Part shown: positions 49,558 to 62,934 of the stretch, piece by piece
How the letters are laid out: every line of letters begins with the position of its first letter
Position numbering within the stretch: the first letter of the stretch is position 1
Origin: Octopus sinensis
Taxonomy: Eukaryota
Assembly (NCBI RefSeq): GCF_006345805.1
Contig: NC_043000.1
Location: forward strand, 99,882,001 to 99,946,000
Direction of reading: 5' to 3'
DNA: 64,000 nucleotides
Translations under genes and position numbers: made by a program
The notes under the pieces: model-generated
The model's database searches: none
The model's input: the letters and a program-made list of their open reading frames with translations, nothing else
Told to the model about the DNA's origin: nothing

Positions 49558-50269
49558 AAAGGAATACAAAAATGGGACAAGAACGCAAAACATCCAGACA
49601 GTTAGGTGATACAAAAGTGGGACAAAAAACATCCAGACACACGAAACAAAGAAAACAAGGACGAGTCATTCGAAATTTTCTTTCCTCAGTCGAGTTCCAG
49701 ATTATCTTTGCAATTTCGGCTGGTTATACTCGAGATTGCTCCAATTTGGCCAGCCCCAAGGAAAAAACGAAGCTAAGAGCACTTGTTCCTTGGAAGAAAG
49801 CAGCGAATGTATACGAAAACAAGGACGGAAAAAAAATGGAGAAATGGTACATAAATACAAATGCAAATAACAGGACATTATCAACAGGTATCTTTCGACT
49901 AAGGACGAATTAAATAGAGGTGGCGTGTGTGGAAGTGAAGCCTTACGGCAGGGACATAAAAGATGACTGGCATGGTGAGGAATATAGATGTTGCACGATA
50001 GTCGAACCAAGAAAGAAAAGTCAGGCTTAGCCGAACACCGGTCACGTAGAGAGATAGGAGAAAGGTAGAGGTAGAGGGACAGAAGAATTAGCGATGGATG
50101 AGAAAAAACAGAAAAGGGTCAGAGTGAAGTGAAAGAGGAGGGAAGGTGAGAATGAAGAGAAAGCCAGGGAATGTGAGAGAGAGGGAACGAAAGAAAGAAG
50201 AGTGGAAAGAACGAAGTGTGAAGGGATTCATAGACAGAAAGAAAGAATGAAAGAATAAGAGAGTCGTAC

Positions 50270-50337
<68 letters not shown>

Positions 50338-50380
50338 TCTTTTAGTTTCAGCTCAGAGCTGCGGCCATGCTATATGTACT

Positions 50381-50426
<46 letters not shown>

Positions 50427-50878
50427 AGACCAAAGTGTACGTACGCCGCAATATGTATATAAAAAGGAATACAAAAAATAGGACAAGAATGCAAAACATC
50501 CAGACAGCTAGATGATACAAAAAAGGGACAAGAAAAAATACGGACGAGTCATTCGAAGTTTTCTTTCCTCAGTCGAGTTCCAGATTAGCTTTGCAATTTT
50601 GGCTGGTTATACTCGAGATTGCTCCAATCTGGCCAGCCCCAAGGAAAAACTAAGCTAAGAGCACTTGTTCCTTTGAAGAAATCTGCGAATGTATACGAAA
50701 ACGAGGACGGAAAAGTAAAAAAAAAGAAAACGGAGAAATGGTACATAAATACAAATGCAATTAACAGGACATAACAACAGGTGTCTTTCGACTAAGGACG
50801 AATTAAATTAAGCTGGCGTGTTTGGAAGTGAAGCCTTACGGCAGGGGCATGAGATTTGACAGGCATCGTGAGGAATAT
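49558..50878. repeat. Two direct copies of repeat family E (49558-49985, 50464-50878)
   Basis: Near-colinear ~420-bp duplicates separated by a GA-rich tract and (TA)n. Confidence 0.85.
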
Positions 50879-51434
50879 ATGCATATGTGTATATATGTTC
50901 TCTACGAAATACGAAGCCGCATAGGAATTTAGTAAGATCTGCAGTTTCTCAGCTTCAAAAAATATACATACTCGACATTATACTAAGTACTCTTAGACAG
51001 AGATAGAAAAATAGATAGATAGATAGAGGGGGAGGAGGAGAGAGATAGAAACAGAAAGAGAGAGAGCGACAGAGATTGAGAGAAAGAGGTAAAGAGATTC
51101 AGAAGTGTATTGTGCGCGTGCACGTGTGTCTATGTGTGTGTGCGTGTGTGCGTGTGTTGTGCTTGTGTGTCAGTAGATGTTTGTGAGAATGATAAAGCTC
51201 GATATGTGAATGACAATGACAAAGGCTAAAAGCACTACAACGATGACGACAAACATAACATCGAAGAACCAAAAAAAAACCAAAAATATAAACAGAAAGA
51301 ATACTAACAGCATGCTTGGTTGGTTTTCCTATTAATGAAATTGCAAAAAACAACAAAAATACAGCAATAACACCACCACGTCCTATACGTAACCTGCCAA
51401 AATATAATACTATTGTTATTATTATTATTATTAC

Positions 51435-51483
<49 letters not shown>

Positions 51484-51779
51484 TAAAGTTAATAAAAGAA
51501 AACAGAAATAAATAAAAAAAAATAGTTGGAGCGCAGTAAAAGTGACAACTATGCTGAAACTTTACATTCACTAAGTTTACCAAGAAGGAAAAAAAATGCG
51601 GTTAATGGCAGCATCTAGGTGCCAAATTAATTTCGTTGATGGAATTAGAACGTAAATTCTGTCCCAAGGGGTCTTTTTTTTATTATGGAACTTTCTAGTA
51701 TTCCTAGAAAAAAAAGCAAAACACCCAAAACTAAAATGCTTATCTTATTTAGTGTCCACTCTCTCGGAACTGGTCCAAG

Positions 51780-51811
<32 letters not shown>

Positions 51812-51865
51812 TGTATGTATGTATGTATGTATGTATGTATGTATGTATGTATGTATGTGTGCATT

Positions 51866-51904
<39 letters not shown>

Positions 51905-52229
51905 ATGTGCATATATATATGTGTGTGTATGTGTATATGTATGGATGTGTGAATGTATATATAAAACAAGAGAATAATATTAAAGATGGACAGAGACAAA
52001 AAGGAGTTTGCAGAGAAAAGAATTAAAAACATAAACAAATACAGGTATATACTCATCTAAATATGGACATCACAGTTGCGGAAAGGAAACAAGATTGGTT
52101 GGTTGGCTGGGTGGTTGGGTGGCGGGTTCGTGGAGAGGGAATCTTCTCTTCGTTAATCTATTTTGCTACCTGACAGTGGATAAACACAAAGATGGTTGAT
52201 TAATTTTATTGCACTTCTTTAATTCAATT

Positions 52230-52328
<99 letters not shown>

Positions 52329-52638
52329 CTATCTATCTATCTTTCTCTTTATGTGTTTGTGCGTGAATATGTGCGTACGAAGCGAGGAAAACGTTTTTTG
52401 TGCAAAGGGATTGGCAAAGGATTGTGCAAAGAGATTGGCAAAGGGATTCTATAATAGAAGGAAAGACTACACACACACACACACACAGACATACACACAC
52501 ATACACACACACACACGTACACACGCACACACAAACACGCACGTACGGCACACATACACACATTAATTATCCACTGATGACAACAACAGTGACTGCAATG
52601 GTAGCAGCACCGGTGGCCAAACTCCACTTCATCATCGC

Positions 52639-53760
52639 GTGAAGCAGTTGTGGGCGGCCTTTCAGCAGCACTTTACTCGACTGTTCGGGACGAGTGGTAG
52701 GACGGATAATAAAGCAGACTTCGGTGTCTATCTCGTCGGCCTGCCGCGACCCTCGACCAGCGAGACGGAGTGCTGCGAAAGGCCGATAACAGCCGCGGAG
52801 ACACAGGAGCCGATGAAGGGCTACGCGAGAAGCTGGTCGCCGGGTCTGGATGGTCTACCCTACGAGCTTTATATTTCTATGCCAGGCGTCTACCTAAACT
52901 GGCAACAAAATGGGAGAATCCCCACTTTTGTTTGTCGAGGGTTGGTGGCACTGCTGAGAAACGACCCAAACAAAGGGGACATGACCGACAATTTCAAGCC
53001 CATCACTCTGCTCAATCCAGAGCTGAAGATTTTGGCCAAGGTGTTAGCCAAGAGGTTGGAGTTTGTCGTGGACAAGCTGATTGGCGAGACGCAAACACGC
53101 GCCATACCAAGCAGGACTATTCGCAACAACCTCCAACTCATGCGCTATATCATAGAGAGGGTAGGTAACGAAGCTGGCATGGGTGGGGCTCTGATCAATT
53201 TAGGTCAATTTAAAGCCTTCGATAGGCTCGACCGCCAATACTTGGCAGCTGTTCTCGCAGCAGACAGTATCGGTCCAGTTTTCCGCTGTTGGATCGCTGC
53301 TTTGTACAGCAGCATCTGCTCAATAGCGCGAATGAATGGTCACCGGTCAGAATCACTCAGCATCTTGCGTTCGGTCCATCAAGGGTGGCTTCTCTCCTCC
53401 GTTCTGTATGTACTGGCTTTTGAGCCACTGCTGCGGAAGCTGGAGGCATTGAGGGATGTCCCGCGTGATCTAGGATGTGGGAGAAGCGTGTCTGCTTATG
53501 CTGATGATGTCACCGTAATAGTGTCGAGCCACAGACACATAGACCTGATTGGCGACACACTAAAAGAATTTGAAGCGGTTGCAGGAGCAAAAATTAACGC
53601 TGAAAAATCAATGGGCTTCCAACACGGCATCTGGAGAGAAAAATCCATGCTGTCCAACAGCGTCATGTGGCGCTGGACAGACGGTCCGGTTAAATTGCTT
53701 GGGGTCTGGTTCGGTCCCAAACCTCCATTTGGAGAAAAACTAGGACGAGGTGACGAACAG
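52639..53760 (+). pseudogene. Tx1/L1-clade LINE RT fragment (open frame, motifs eroded)
   Basis: SPGLDGLPYELY, DNFKPITLLNPELKILAKVLAKRL, GALINLGQFKAFDR, RSVHQGWLLSSVLYVLAFEPLLRKL, VSAYADDVTV, GAKINAEKS, KLLGVWFG. Confidence 0.92.
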
Positions 53761-54234
53761 GTTAAACAATCTCACCCAGAAAAGGGCCGAGAAGAAGCTC
53801 GAAAATGAGTCAGTCTCACATCCTGTCTTCTGCTAGAGGATGGTAGGGTTTCGCCCCCACTTCCAGCAATATATATGTATGTACTGGGTGCAGCGCCACA
53901 TCGATAGCCAGGTGGCAGAAGGTCTGCTTGGGGTTAAAGTAGAAGTAACATGGACCAGCCACTTTGATGTGGTTACTTGCTAGTATAATTACTACTCTGA
54001 TCTCGAGATTTTACAAGTAGCTATTTTGCTTGTTGCAAATCAGTGACCGAGGGTCCCTTTCTTTACAATATATTGCTGGCTGGAGCTGACCCTGGCTACC
54101 ACTCTGGCGACCAGGTACTCGCAACTGAAGATGAGTCAACTGGAAATGAGAAATGGCTCGAAAATGAGTCAGTCTCACGAAAATGTTGTCATCTAGAGAA
54201 TGGTACGGGTTGCCCCCCCCCCCCCCACCGCTAG

Positions 54235-54281
<47 letters not shown>

Positions 54282-54450
54282 ATATATATATATGTTCAGG
54301 ATGCTGCACCGCACCAATAACCAGCTGGCGGAAGATCTGCCTGGGGTTAAACTAGTAGTGACACGGAATAGCCACTTTGATGTGGTGATTAACTTTACTC
54401 ACACACACACACACACACACACCACACACACACACACATAGATATGTATA

Positions 54451-54665
54451 CGAGAGAGATGGTGAAAAGTTCCAGGCATTTAGGGTCTCGCGAAAGGCCT
54501 GACTGGAGGCCCAACCTAGCGAGATTTTTTTTTACAGGGCTTAGAAAAGCCGAAGGACTGCTGCAATAGGTGTGGGAATCTGAGAGGGGAATACTTTGAA
54601 TAAAATCATAATTAACAAATTGTCATGTACTTTCTTTTACCCTAAGCCAGGAACTTTTCAGTATA
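54451..54665 (+). mobile_element. Mariner-derived MITE
   Basis: TA+cgagagagatggtgaaaagttccaggc vs gccaggaacttttca; retains transposase end CGNLRGEYFE*. Confidence 0.8.
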
Positions 54666-54802
54666 CATGCACACACACACACACACACACACAAACGCAC
54701 ACATATGTATATATATATGTGCGTGTGTATGCGTATAATTCTTTTTGGAAAGAGAGGATCACGAAGCCCATTAAGCTATAAGTAAAAGAAGGTAAATACT
54801 GG

Positions 54803-55320
54803 GCTGAAAAATCTTTTTGGAGAGCAATGTTTTAGGGCCGCTCGTGATATTCGAACACACCCCTCCTGTAGACATAATAGGCGTTCTACCATTGGTCCAA
54901 CGCAATCCTTTGCATTTTTCTACCCATTTTAGAAACTTTATTCTTACCAGCGAGAATTGTATGTCGTTGACGTCGTAAGAATCTTATAAACTTTCGAGTG
55001 AGCGTGAAATAATTGTTGCTTGGAACAGTTGATCTCGAAGCTTATAAATCTGTAAATAAGCGTATGTAAATATTGGGGTGAAAGCTTATAAATTCTTATG
55101 TCGTTAACAACACACAATTCTCGATAGTAAGACTAAAGTTTCTAAAATGGATATAAAAATGGAAAGGTTTGTTTTGGTCCAATGGTAGAACGCCTGTCAC
55201 GTCTACAGGAGAGGTGTGTTCCAATATCACGAGCGGCTCTCAAACATTTCTCTCCAAAGAGATTTTTTTACAGCCTGTCACATCTACAGGAGATGTGGGT
55301 TCGAATCTCAGGAACAACCG
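54803..55320. repeat. ~470-bp fold-back with ~195-bp arms, each ending in an outward-facing tRNA-like head; extra tandem tRNA half
   Basis: 54803-54995 reverse-complementary to 55080-55274; TGGTCCAATGGTAGAACG-CCTGT-CACGTCT-ACAGG-..GTTC(G/C)AAT; repeat of anticodon/T arm at 55273-55320. Confidence 0.8.
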
Positions 55321-56297
55321 TCTAGTCTTTTTGTCCGAAAGAAGTTTTCAACGATCCTCGATGAGTGGCTTTGTTGTCAAGCGCTATGTGTTTAACATGG
55401 GATTTACCTGGTAGAATAGGACGATGGTCTTTTTGCTTTCCGTGGCTTTCATCCGATTTATTTTCCTGTAAGTCACCATCGCGTTGATAAGATACAAATT
55501 CATCACAGAACGTGAAGTATCAGAAATTATTTTATCCCACAACTACATTAATTTATTTGTCTGGCCTGATACTTTACGTATCAACCTCGAAATGATGGAA
55601 GGGAAAGATGACCTCTGCGTTATTTTAACTCAGCTGAGAATCTGTACAAATACTGACTTTGAAATATAGTTTGTTTCAGACAGCATTATGTAAAACATTT
55701 TTGAGACATTGATATGTTATTTAGAGAGAATTGATTGCTATTTCTTGCAGGTCGAACGACCACAGAGAAATTCTAGATTTAGATCATACAGCAAGATGTT
55801 TTCTCTGTCGCCCCATCTTTTCTAATGCCATTCATCACATAATATCTGTTATGAGATCGCTAGCATACAATCTATCTTTGTCACTTACTTTATTGGTTTT
55901 TGTTTAGAAGCATAAAGAATCATTAAAAAAACGAAGCAAACTCCTCCTAAATCGAAACAACGATTTCGATCTAACTTTCATTCAAGTTTACTTTAGTTCT
56001 ACTGCTAATGTCCTTTAGATTGGTATGAGCGTCATAATTTGCTGCAATTTGCTCTTTCCCGAACTATAAAGACTTTACGTCGACATAAATAGTAATGTCA
56101 TTACGTGACAAACACTGTGTAGCATGAAGCAGTTGTTATCTATCTATGTATATTTATTTATTAGCTACAGTCACCCTCGTGATTTAAGGCATCCTAGAAG
56201 TGACAAACTCGTCTTTTCTCGTGAGTGATTTTCTCTATTTTAAGCGTTTATTACTAGGGTACTGTACATGTGTATTCTTTTTACTGCCATGCTCCTG

Positions 56298-56882
56298 GGC
56301 GGCGAACTGGCATAATCGTTAGTACGCCGGGCGTACTGCTTAGCAGTATTTCGTTTGCCGCTACGTTCTGAGTTCAAATTCCGCCGAGGTCGACTTTGCC
56401 TTTCATCCTTTCGGGGTCGATAAATTAAGTACCATTTACGCACTGGGGTCGATGTAATCGACTTAATCCGTTTGTCTGTCCTTGTTTGTCCCCTCTGTGT
56501 TTAGCCCCTTGTGGGTAGTAAAGAAATAGGTATTTCGTCTGCCGTTATGTTCTGAGTTCAAATTCCGCTGAGGTCGACTAAGCCTTTCATCCTTTCGGGG
56601 TCGATTAAATAAGTACCAGTTACGCACTGGGGTCGATATAATCGACTTAATCCGTTTGTCTGTCCTTGTTTGTCCTCTCTGTGTTTAGCCCCTTGTGGGT
56701 AGTAAAGAAATAGGTATTTCGCTCGTCACTATGTTCTGAGTTCAAATTCCTCCAAAGTCGACTTTGCCTTTCATCCTTTCGGGGTTGATGAATTAAGTAC
56801 CAGTGAAATACTATGGTCAATGTAATCGACTAGTCCCCTCCCTTCAAATTTCAGGCTTTATGTCTATAGTAGAGAGGATTAT
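56298..56882 (+). mobile_element. SINE family B trimer (two young-tail units + one old-tail unit), period 184 bp
   Basis: gtatttcg at 56346, 56530, 56714. Confidence 0.93.
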
Positions 56883-56899
56883 TACCGTACTGTAAAGGG

Positions 56900-57935
56900 A
56901 TGAAACTGGCAGAATCGTTATCACGCAGGGTAAACTGTTTAGAGGCATTTCATTCGTCTTTTGTTCTGAGTTCAAATCCCACCGAGGTCGACTTTGCCTT
57001 TCATCTTTTCGGGGTCGATAAAATAAGTACCTCTTGAGTACTGGGATCGCTGTAATTGACTGAACCCTTCCTCTGAACCTGCTGGCTTTGTGCCAAAACT
57101 TGAAAACATTATCACTGTACTCTATGTGTCCTAATACTATGACACCCTCCCCATGTATTCTGAATGCTAGAGTACTGAATCTGCGTAGTCTTAATGCTAG
57201 TGTACTGTATCTGTATGTATTTCACTCTTGGGTACCGTATGCGTTCTTAATACTAGAGCACTGTTTAGTAGATCAAGATCGCTTTCAATGTTTCTGGATA
57301 TCAACAACATAAAGTACTAATCAAGTACAGGGATCCGTTACATCGACTAAATCCTCCTTCAAAATGTCAAGCCTTTTGCATACTTTAGAAACAAAGAAAA
57401 AGGAAAAAAAAAAGAAATCCAGGGCGCTAGAATGGCAGACTCTTTGGACAAAATGTCTTGTGGTTTTTACTTGCGTGTCTTTACAGCAATAAATACAGTA
57501 CTGATTAAGTATTTGGGGGCCTATGTTAGAAACAATGTTATAAATAATGTTTTTCTCGTAATCTTGTGGGGAGTGGGCTAATTATATGATCCTAGTATTT
57601 AACGGGTACTTATTTTATGAAACTCAAAAAGATGAAAGACAAAGTCGACCTTGGTGGAATTTGAACTCAGAACGTAAAGTCGGATGAAATTCCGCTGAAG
57701 ATTCTACCAGTTCGCCCCTTTATGTTGGAAAAAAAAATCGCTTTAAATTTAAGCACAGAGCAAGCAGTTTTTGAGGGGAGGGAGAAGTTGCTTATATCAG
57801 CACCAATGCTTGACTAGTACATATTTTATTTTATTGATACCGAAAGGTAAAGTCGACATCGACGGAATTTGAACTCAGGACATAAAGACGTACGAAATAC
57901 CGCTAAGAATTTTGTCCTGCGTGCTTACGATTTAC
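56900..57935. mobile_element. Cluster of older SINE family B copies: 56900-57110 (+), 57590-57720 (-), 57790-57935 (-)
   Basis: gagttcaaatcccaccgaggtcgactttgcc and its reverse complements. Confidence 0.8.
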
Positions 57936-58359
57936 CCAAACAGTAGGGTAATGTGTTGTCTTCTTAATACAAGGATACAAGGGTCTTGTATCTGTATATT
58001 TATAGCTTATTACTAGAGGACTGCAAGCGTATGATCACTTATTTATTTATTCAGTTATGTTTTGTGGTTGATAATGTTAACATTGTTAATCTAATTTTTT
58101 ATTTTTTGTTGAATACTCCTACGTAAGCTAGTTGCTATCAACATATTCTACAAGAAGCCATTAAAGCAACGGATATCAGACTGCAAAGCAGAACTAGATA
58201 GAAAGACAACGAACTCGCTCTGTTTTATTTACTCTCTCTTTCCCTCTGTTTCTCTCCCTTTCTTTGCTTCTCTCTCATTACTTACAGTCACCATACATAT
58301 ATTATATACATTTATATACATGTATTTCTATATATTTCTATACATGTATACTTACATAA

Positions 58360-58390
<31 letters not shown>

Positions 58391-58773
58391 TGTATATATG
58401 TATGTATGTATGTATGTATATATATATATATATTATATATATATATATATATGTATATATGTGTATATATATATATCTATCTATATATATATATATATAT
58501 ATATATACGTATATGCATATATATATGTATGTATATAATATATACACACATATACGTACATGAGAGTGTATGCATACGAGCATGTGTGTGTGTGTTAATT
58601 TACGTGAGATAAACAGATATTGCATTCCCGGCTATGTAATCTGTTTATCTCACGTAAATAAGTCTACAAACTTCGAACATAAAAGTTGGATTATGCATAT
58701 ATTTACTTTTTGATATGAAAGATTAAAAAAAACAACACACCCACATACTCTCAATCCCTCTCTCACACACACA

Positions 58774-58821
<48 letters not shown>

Positions 58822-59087
58822 CTCTCTCTCTCTCATAGACACACATTATATTTCTCGTTTGTGCCAAATCGGTTGAAGCCATGCTGACTCCAAAGTCTAT
58901 GTATTTATCTATACTAGTTAAATTTTTTAGCTTAAAATACAACACCAAACAGGTAATGGTATTGTCCTTATATTGTGTCAGACGAAGGTGCATACTTTCT
59001 CCTTTTAAAACAATGGAAGTTCCCCGAATGGCAGCATTTGAATACTTCGAACACAGGTCGAACATTACTGAATGGGATGGTGTAGAG

Positions 59088-59906
59088 CAGGGATCAGGGA
59101 ATTCCTTTAACCAATTACCCCCAAATATATTTATTTACACAGACGATACCCCATTTGATTCGAAAGGCAGAAAATCATAGATGCTTTGAATTCAAAAGGT
59201 TTATTGAATTAATTAATATGGAGAATATAATTATAGATATATATATAAAGTCAAATCCGATAAAACAAATTAATATCTTCGTTATGAAACAAAAGGTTTT
59301 TCTAGAAACTTTTTCAACTCAGGTTTTAGAAAAATGATTTTGTTTCCTTTTTGTTACAATTACATCAAAATTGGATCATTTTGATGCCAGAGCAATTTGG
59401 ATACAGTCGGGTCCAATCAATTTTGTGTCTTCGGGGTCCAATCAATTTTGTTAAAGGGTTGAATTGAATAGCTGCTTAAGTCTACTTAAACAAAGCCAAA
59501 ACACGTTTGCCAAAAAATAAGGTTAAGGCTGGCAATAGTCAACTGGAAAATGAAATCTGTTTAGTCACTTGACAACACCTTAGTAACCAAATTGTTTGTA
59601 GTTCAAGATAACGTTACGTCTCCTAAATACGTCCATTGCACAGGACATTGCAGTGTTGTCCTGAGTTCAAATTCCGTCGATGTCGACTTTACTTTTGGGT
59701 ATCAATAAAATAAAAATTTGTACTAGTCAAGTACCTCGGATGTCAATATCTATAATTGTATTCCCCATATTAATTGATTCAATATACCAATATACCTTTT
59801 GAATTCAAAGCATCTATGATTTTCTCCCTTTCGAATCAAGCGGGGTAACGTCTGTGTAAATAAATATATCTGGGCGTAAAAAAAAAAAAAAATTCCCCGA
59901 CCCCTG
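59088..59906. mobile_element. Non-autonomous TIR element with ~150-bp inverted repeats (CAGGG ends, hAT-like), containing a SINE-B fragment (~59655-59735)
   Basis: 59088-59239 reverse-complementary to 59746-59906; no TSD recognisable. Confidence 0.8.
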
Positions 59907-60669
59907 ATACAGGCAGTGACGAAAGTTATGTCCGGGAGGATATATTGAGGATTTGTCTACTGCCAAATCAACTACATCAGAATCACTGAAAACAAACCTG
60001 TATGACTTCTATGGAATCTCTACTGTTTCTTAGGCATTATTGTCGAGAATGATGTTTTCGCTGATCAATTGGCCGATAAATGAAATAATGACTGTTTGCC
60101 TTTCTGCTAATGAATAAAAGACTTTGGGGATTGTGTCTAATTTTTCGATGACTTAGTCTTCCTCATCGGCCCTTTGCTGTTTTTGCGGAAACTACAATTT
60201 ATTATTGGTTAGTGATGTAATTCTTAATTGTTCATTTGGTTCTTTGGAGCCGGTGAAGAAGCAGTCATGTTGTTAGCATAATCTATCGCATAAAGAATAG
60301 CGGAATGTTCTGGGTTTCTATTTTATTCGTGTAAGTGGGGTGTGGAACAATCGTTCTTTTATGGAAGTACTCAAGTTTATTGATTTGGGCAGTTTCCGTG
60401 AGATGAGTAGATTGCGAGTTGTGGTCATGGCTCCTGCAGTATTGACTTTAGTGGGACAAGACTGTTGGTAGACGTAGTGTTAAAAGAGGGAAGGAGCGTT
60501 TTCTTGTTGCCGGTGGAGGAGGTAGTAGAATCGATAAAAGATGATGATGATGATGATGACGACGACGACGACGGTGAAGATGCTGGATATATAAGTTCGG
60601 TGTGAGATTAATCTATTGATGTAATGGTACCCCATTTCAATTAGATGTTTGGTTTTTAAAATATTAAAT

Positions 60670-60730
<61 letters not shown>

Positions 60731-61849
60731 TGCTCCTCCTTTTCTCTCTTTTTTGATACATATATGCATGCATGCACTCACACACACACACACAGATATA
60801 TACGTATGTGTGTATATGTGTGTGCATTCAAAAACACAAACGCGCCTGCGCATATCCATCACCTCAAATTGGGAAAAAACAACAGAAATAGCATTGGGCA
60901 TTATGTAGTAGCACAACATCTCTATATCTCTATCGAACTTCTGTCTGTCTCAGTAATTTATGAGATTAATGTAAAGCAACCATTAACCAAATTACTGAGA
61001 CATATCGTCAAACTTTACGTTGGTCGGATATCGACGGCTGTGTGATATGGCCGTGTGTATCCTTACTTGTGTGCGAGTGTGAGTGTGTGTGCGTGTGTGT
61101 GAGTATGTATGCATTTGTGTATGCGTTATGCGTGTGTGCGTGTATCTGAGAAAATGAGAAAGTTAGAGGTGTAGTATTTTAGGACAGTCAGGCGATGGTG
61201 TTTAGGTTGATATCGGTGAATTGACAGAATTGTTACAGCATAAGACAAAACGTATTGTAGTGTTTATTCCGGCTTTCTGTTCTTTTATAAAATTCCAGTA
61301 CAGAAGGCTGTGACTTATGGAATTATTAGAGCCTGCGTTGAAATATCTTGGGGTATTTGTTCCGACACTTTGCATTCTGAGTTCAAATTTCGTCATTGCC
61401 TTTTTGGGTGGCAGACTAGATCCGTTTCCCTTGTTCTTACCAAGCTAAAGTAGAGGCCAGTCTAGTGCAATTGTTAACATTAGGTCTCGGGTTTAAGACC
61501 CATTCGTCTCTCCACCTCTCGTCACCCTTGTGGCGTTCAACTCCCCTTTCTCTGCATTAATGTTATTCCCAGTCTTTCTTCCTCTAAACAACATCCTCTG
61601 GAGTTTTTTCTTTCTGTTCATGCCATTACTCACTTGTTGGTCTGTAACTATTTAAATGGAACATTAATGGCATCGAGTTTGTTGGTCTCGAAGGGCGTGC
61701 AAGTGTCACGGGCACTGCCCCTTCTTCAGGCTTAGTAAGTAAAAGAAAAAAAAACTTCGAAACATGAAAAAACAAAACAAAACGGGTCACGGATGCTGTC
61801 CACCACCTTTTGCTTTTACGTAACTAAGAGGTAAAAAAATAGTTGACCT

Positions 61850-62015
61850 TGACAGAACAGGCCTATGATCCATAGCATTCCAACCATGGCTATCATTTCT
61901 TTCCACCTGACACGGTGTACTAAGATTATATTTATTCAATGAGTCTTTCTACGTTGACAGTAAAATGTAACTCGAGGGATTTTTGGCTGCTATTTTTAGC
62001 TGGTGGTCGACTGAT
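61850..62015 (+). repeat. Dispersed repeat family D (unclassified); other copies ~27660-27830, 32865-33025, 48500-48670 (-), 55590-55790
   Basis: gcattcca.cca/tgac.atcc....acattatcca....gatttggctgctatttctagc..gtcg..cgaccac. Confidence 0.6.
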
Positions 62016-62212
62016 CATAGTTTGTAAGATGTCTCCAATGAGGTTGTGATATCATCAGAGTGGCTGGGGTTTAATTGTAGTGGACGTAATGGTAGCGGAG
62101 TTAGTGGTAATTAATAGTTTTCGTTAATGAAAATAAATTAGATGAGAGTGAACATATATCTTTTCAGTCACAGTTTTCCCGCCTACCACGAAATTCACAA
62201 TCACCTACATGT

Positions 62213-62248
<36 letters not shown>

Positions 62249-62934
62249 ACACACACACGCACACACACACACACACACTAGCAGAGTGCACACATACATA
62301 CATACATACATATTTGCAATGATGTGCACAGTGATACATATTAAGTGATACATAATACGCATTCACGTAAATATAAGTGAATACACACACGCGCACACAT
62401 TCAAACACACGCACACTGTGATGCATACTTATGGATACATTCACACAGTGTTACGTACATACATTCACATACTTAAGCATGAAAACATAATGCAGCAGAG
62501 TAACATACATAGACTCACATATACATACATACACATTCACATAAATAGACCACACACATACACACTAACTGGGATGGAGTGATGCATTTACTCTCTTAAG
62601 CACACATACGTAGAGAGACACAAACAAACTTGTTTTCACATACAGACTGACATACATGCGTTATACACATACATGTATACAGATGTAAACATATGCACAA
62701 ACATATATAACATAAACGCGTACATCTTTTAAAACATTTGTCATTTTATAAGATTTTGCTGGCAAATTCTTAAATTAACATAAACATTTATTTGCATGTA
62801 AGAAAATTACCAGAGCACTTTCTTCTAATTCTTCTAAAACTTTCTGTTAAAACTGAATTGAAGCCATTTGTGGGTAATTTTTTCCTTTTTATCACAAATA
62901 CATCTTTGCTTAATCATACTGAAAATAAAATGTA

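Noticed and set aside
51606-51622. GGCAGCATCTAGGTGCC as a CTCF site
   Set aside because: Deviates in the core; single weak match
60240-60600. Ser-rich or His/Arg-rich exon from (GAT)n(GAC)n
   Set aside because: All minus-strand frames close within ~55 codons and splice signals are weak
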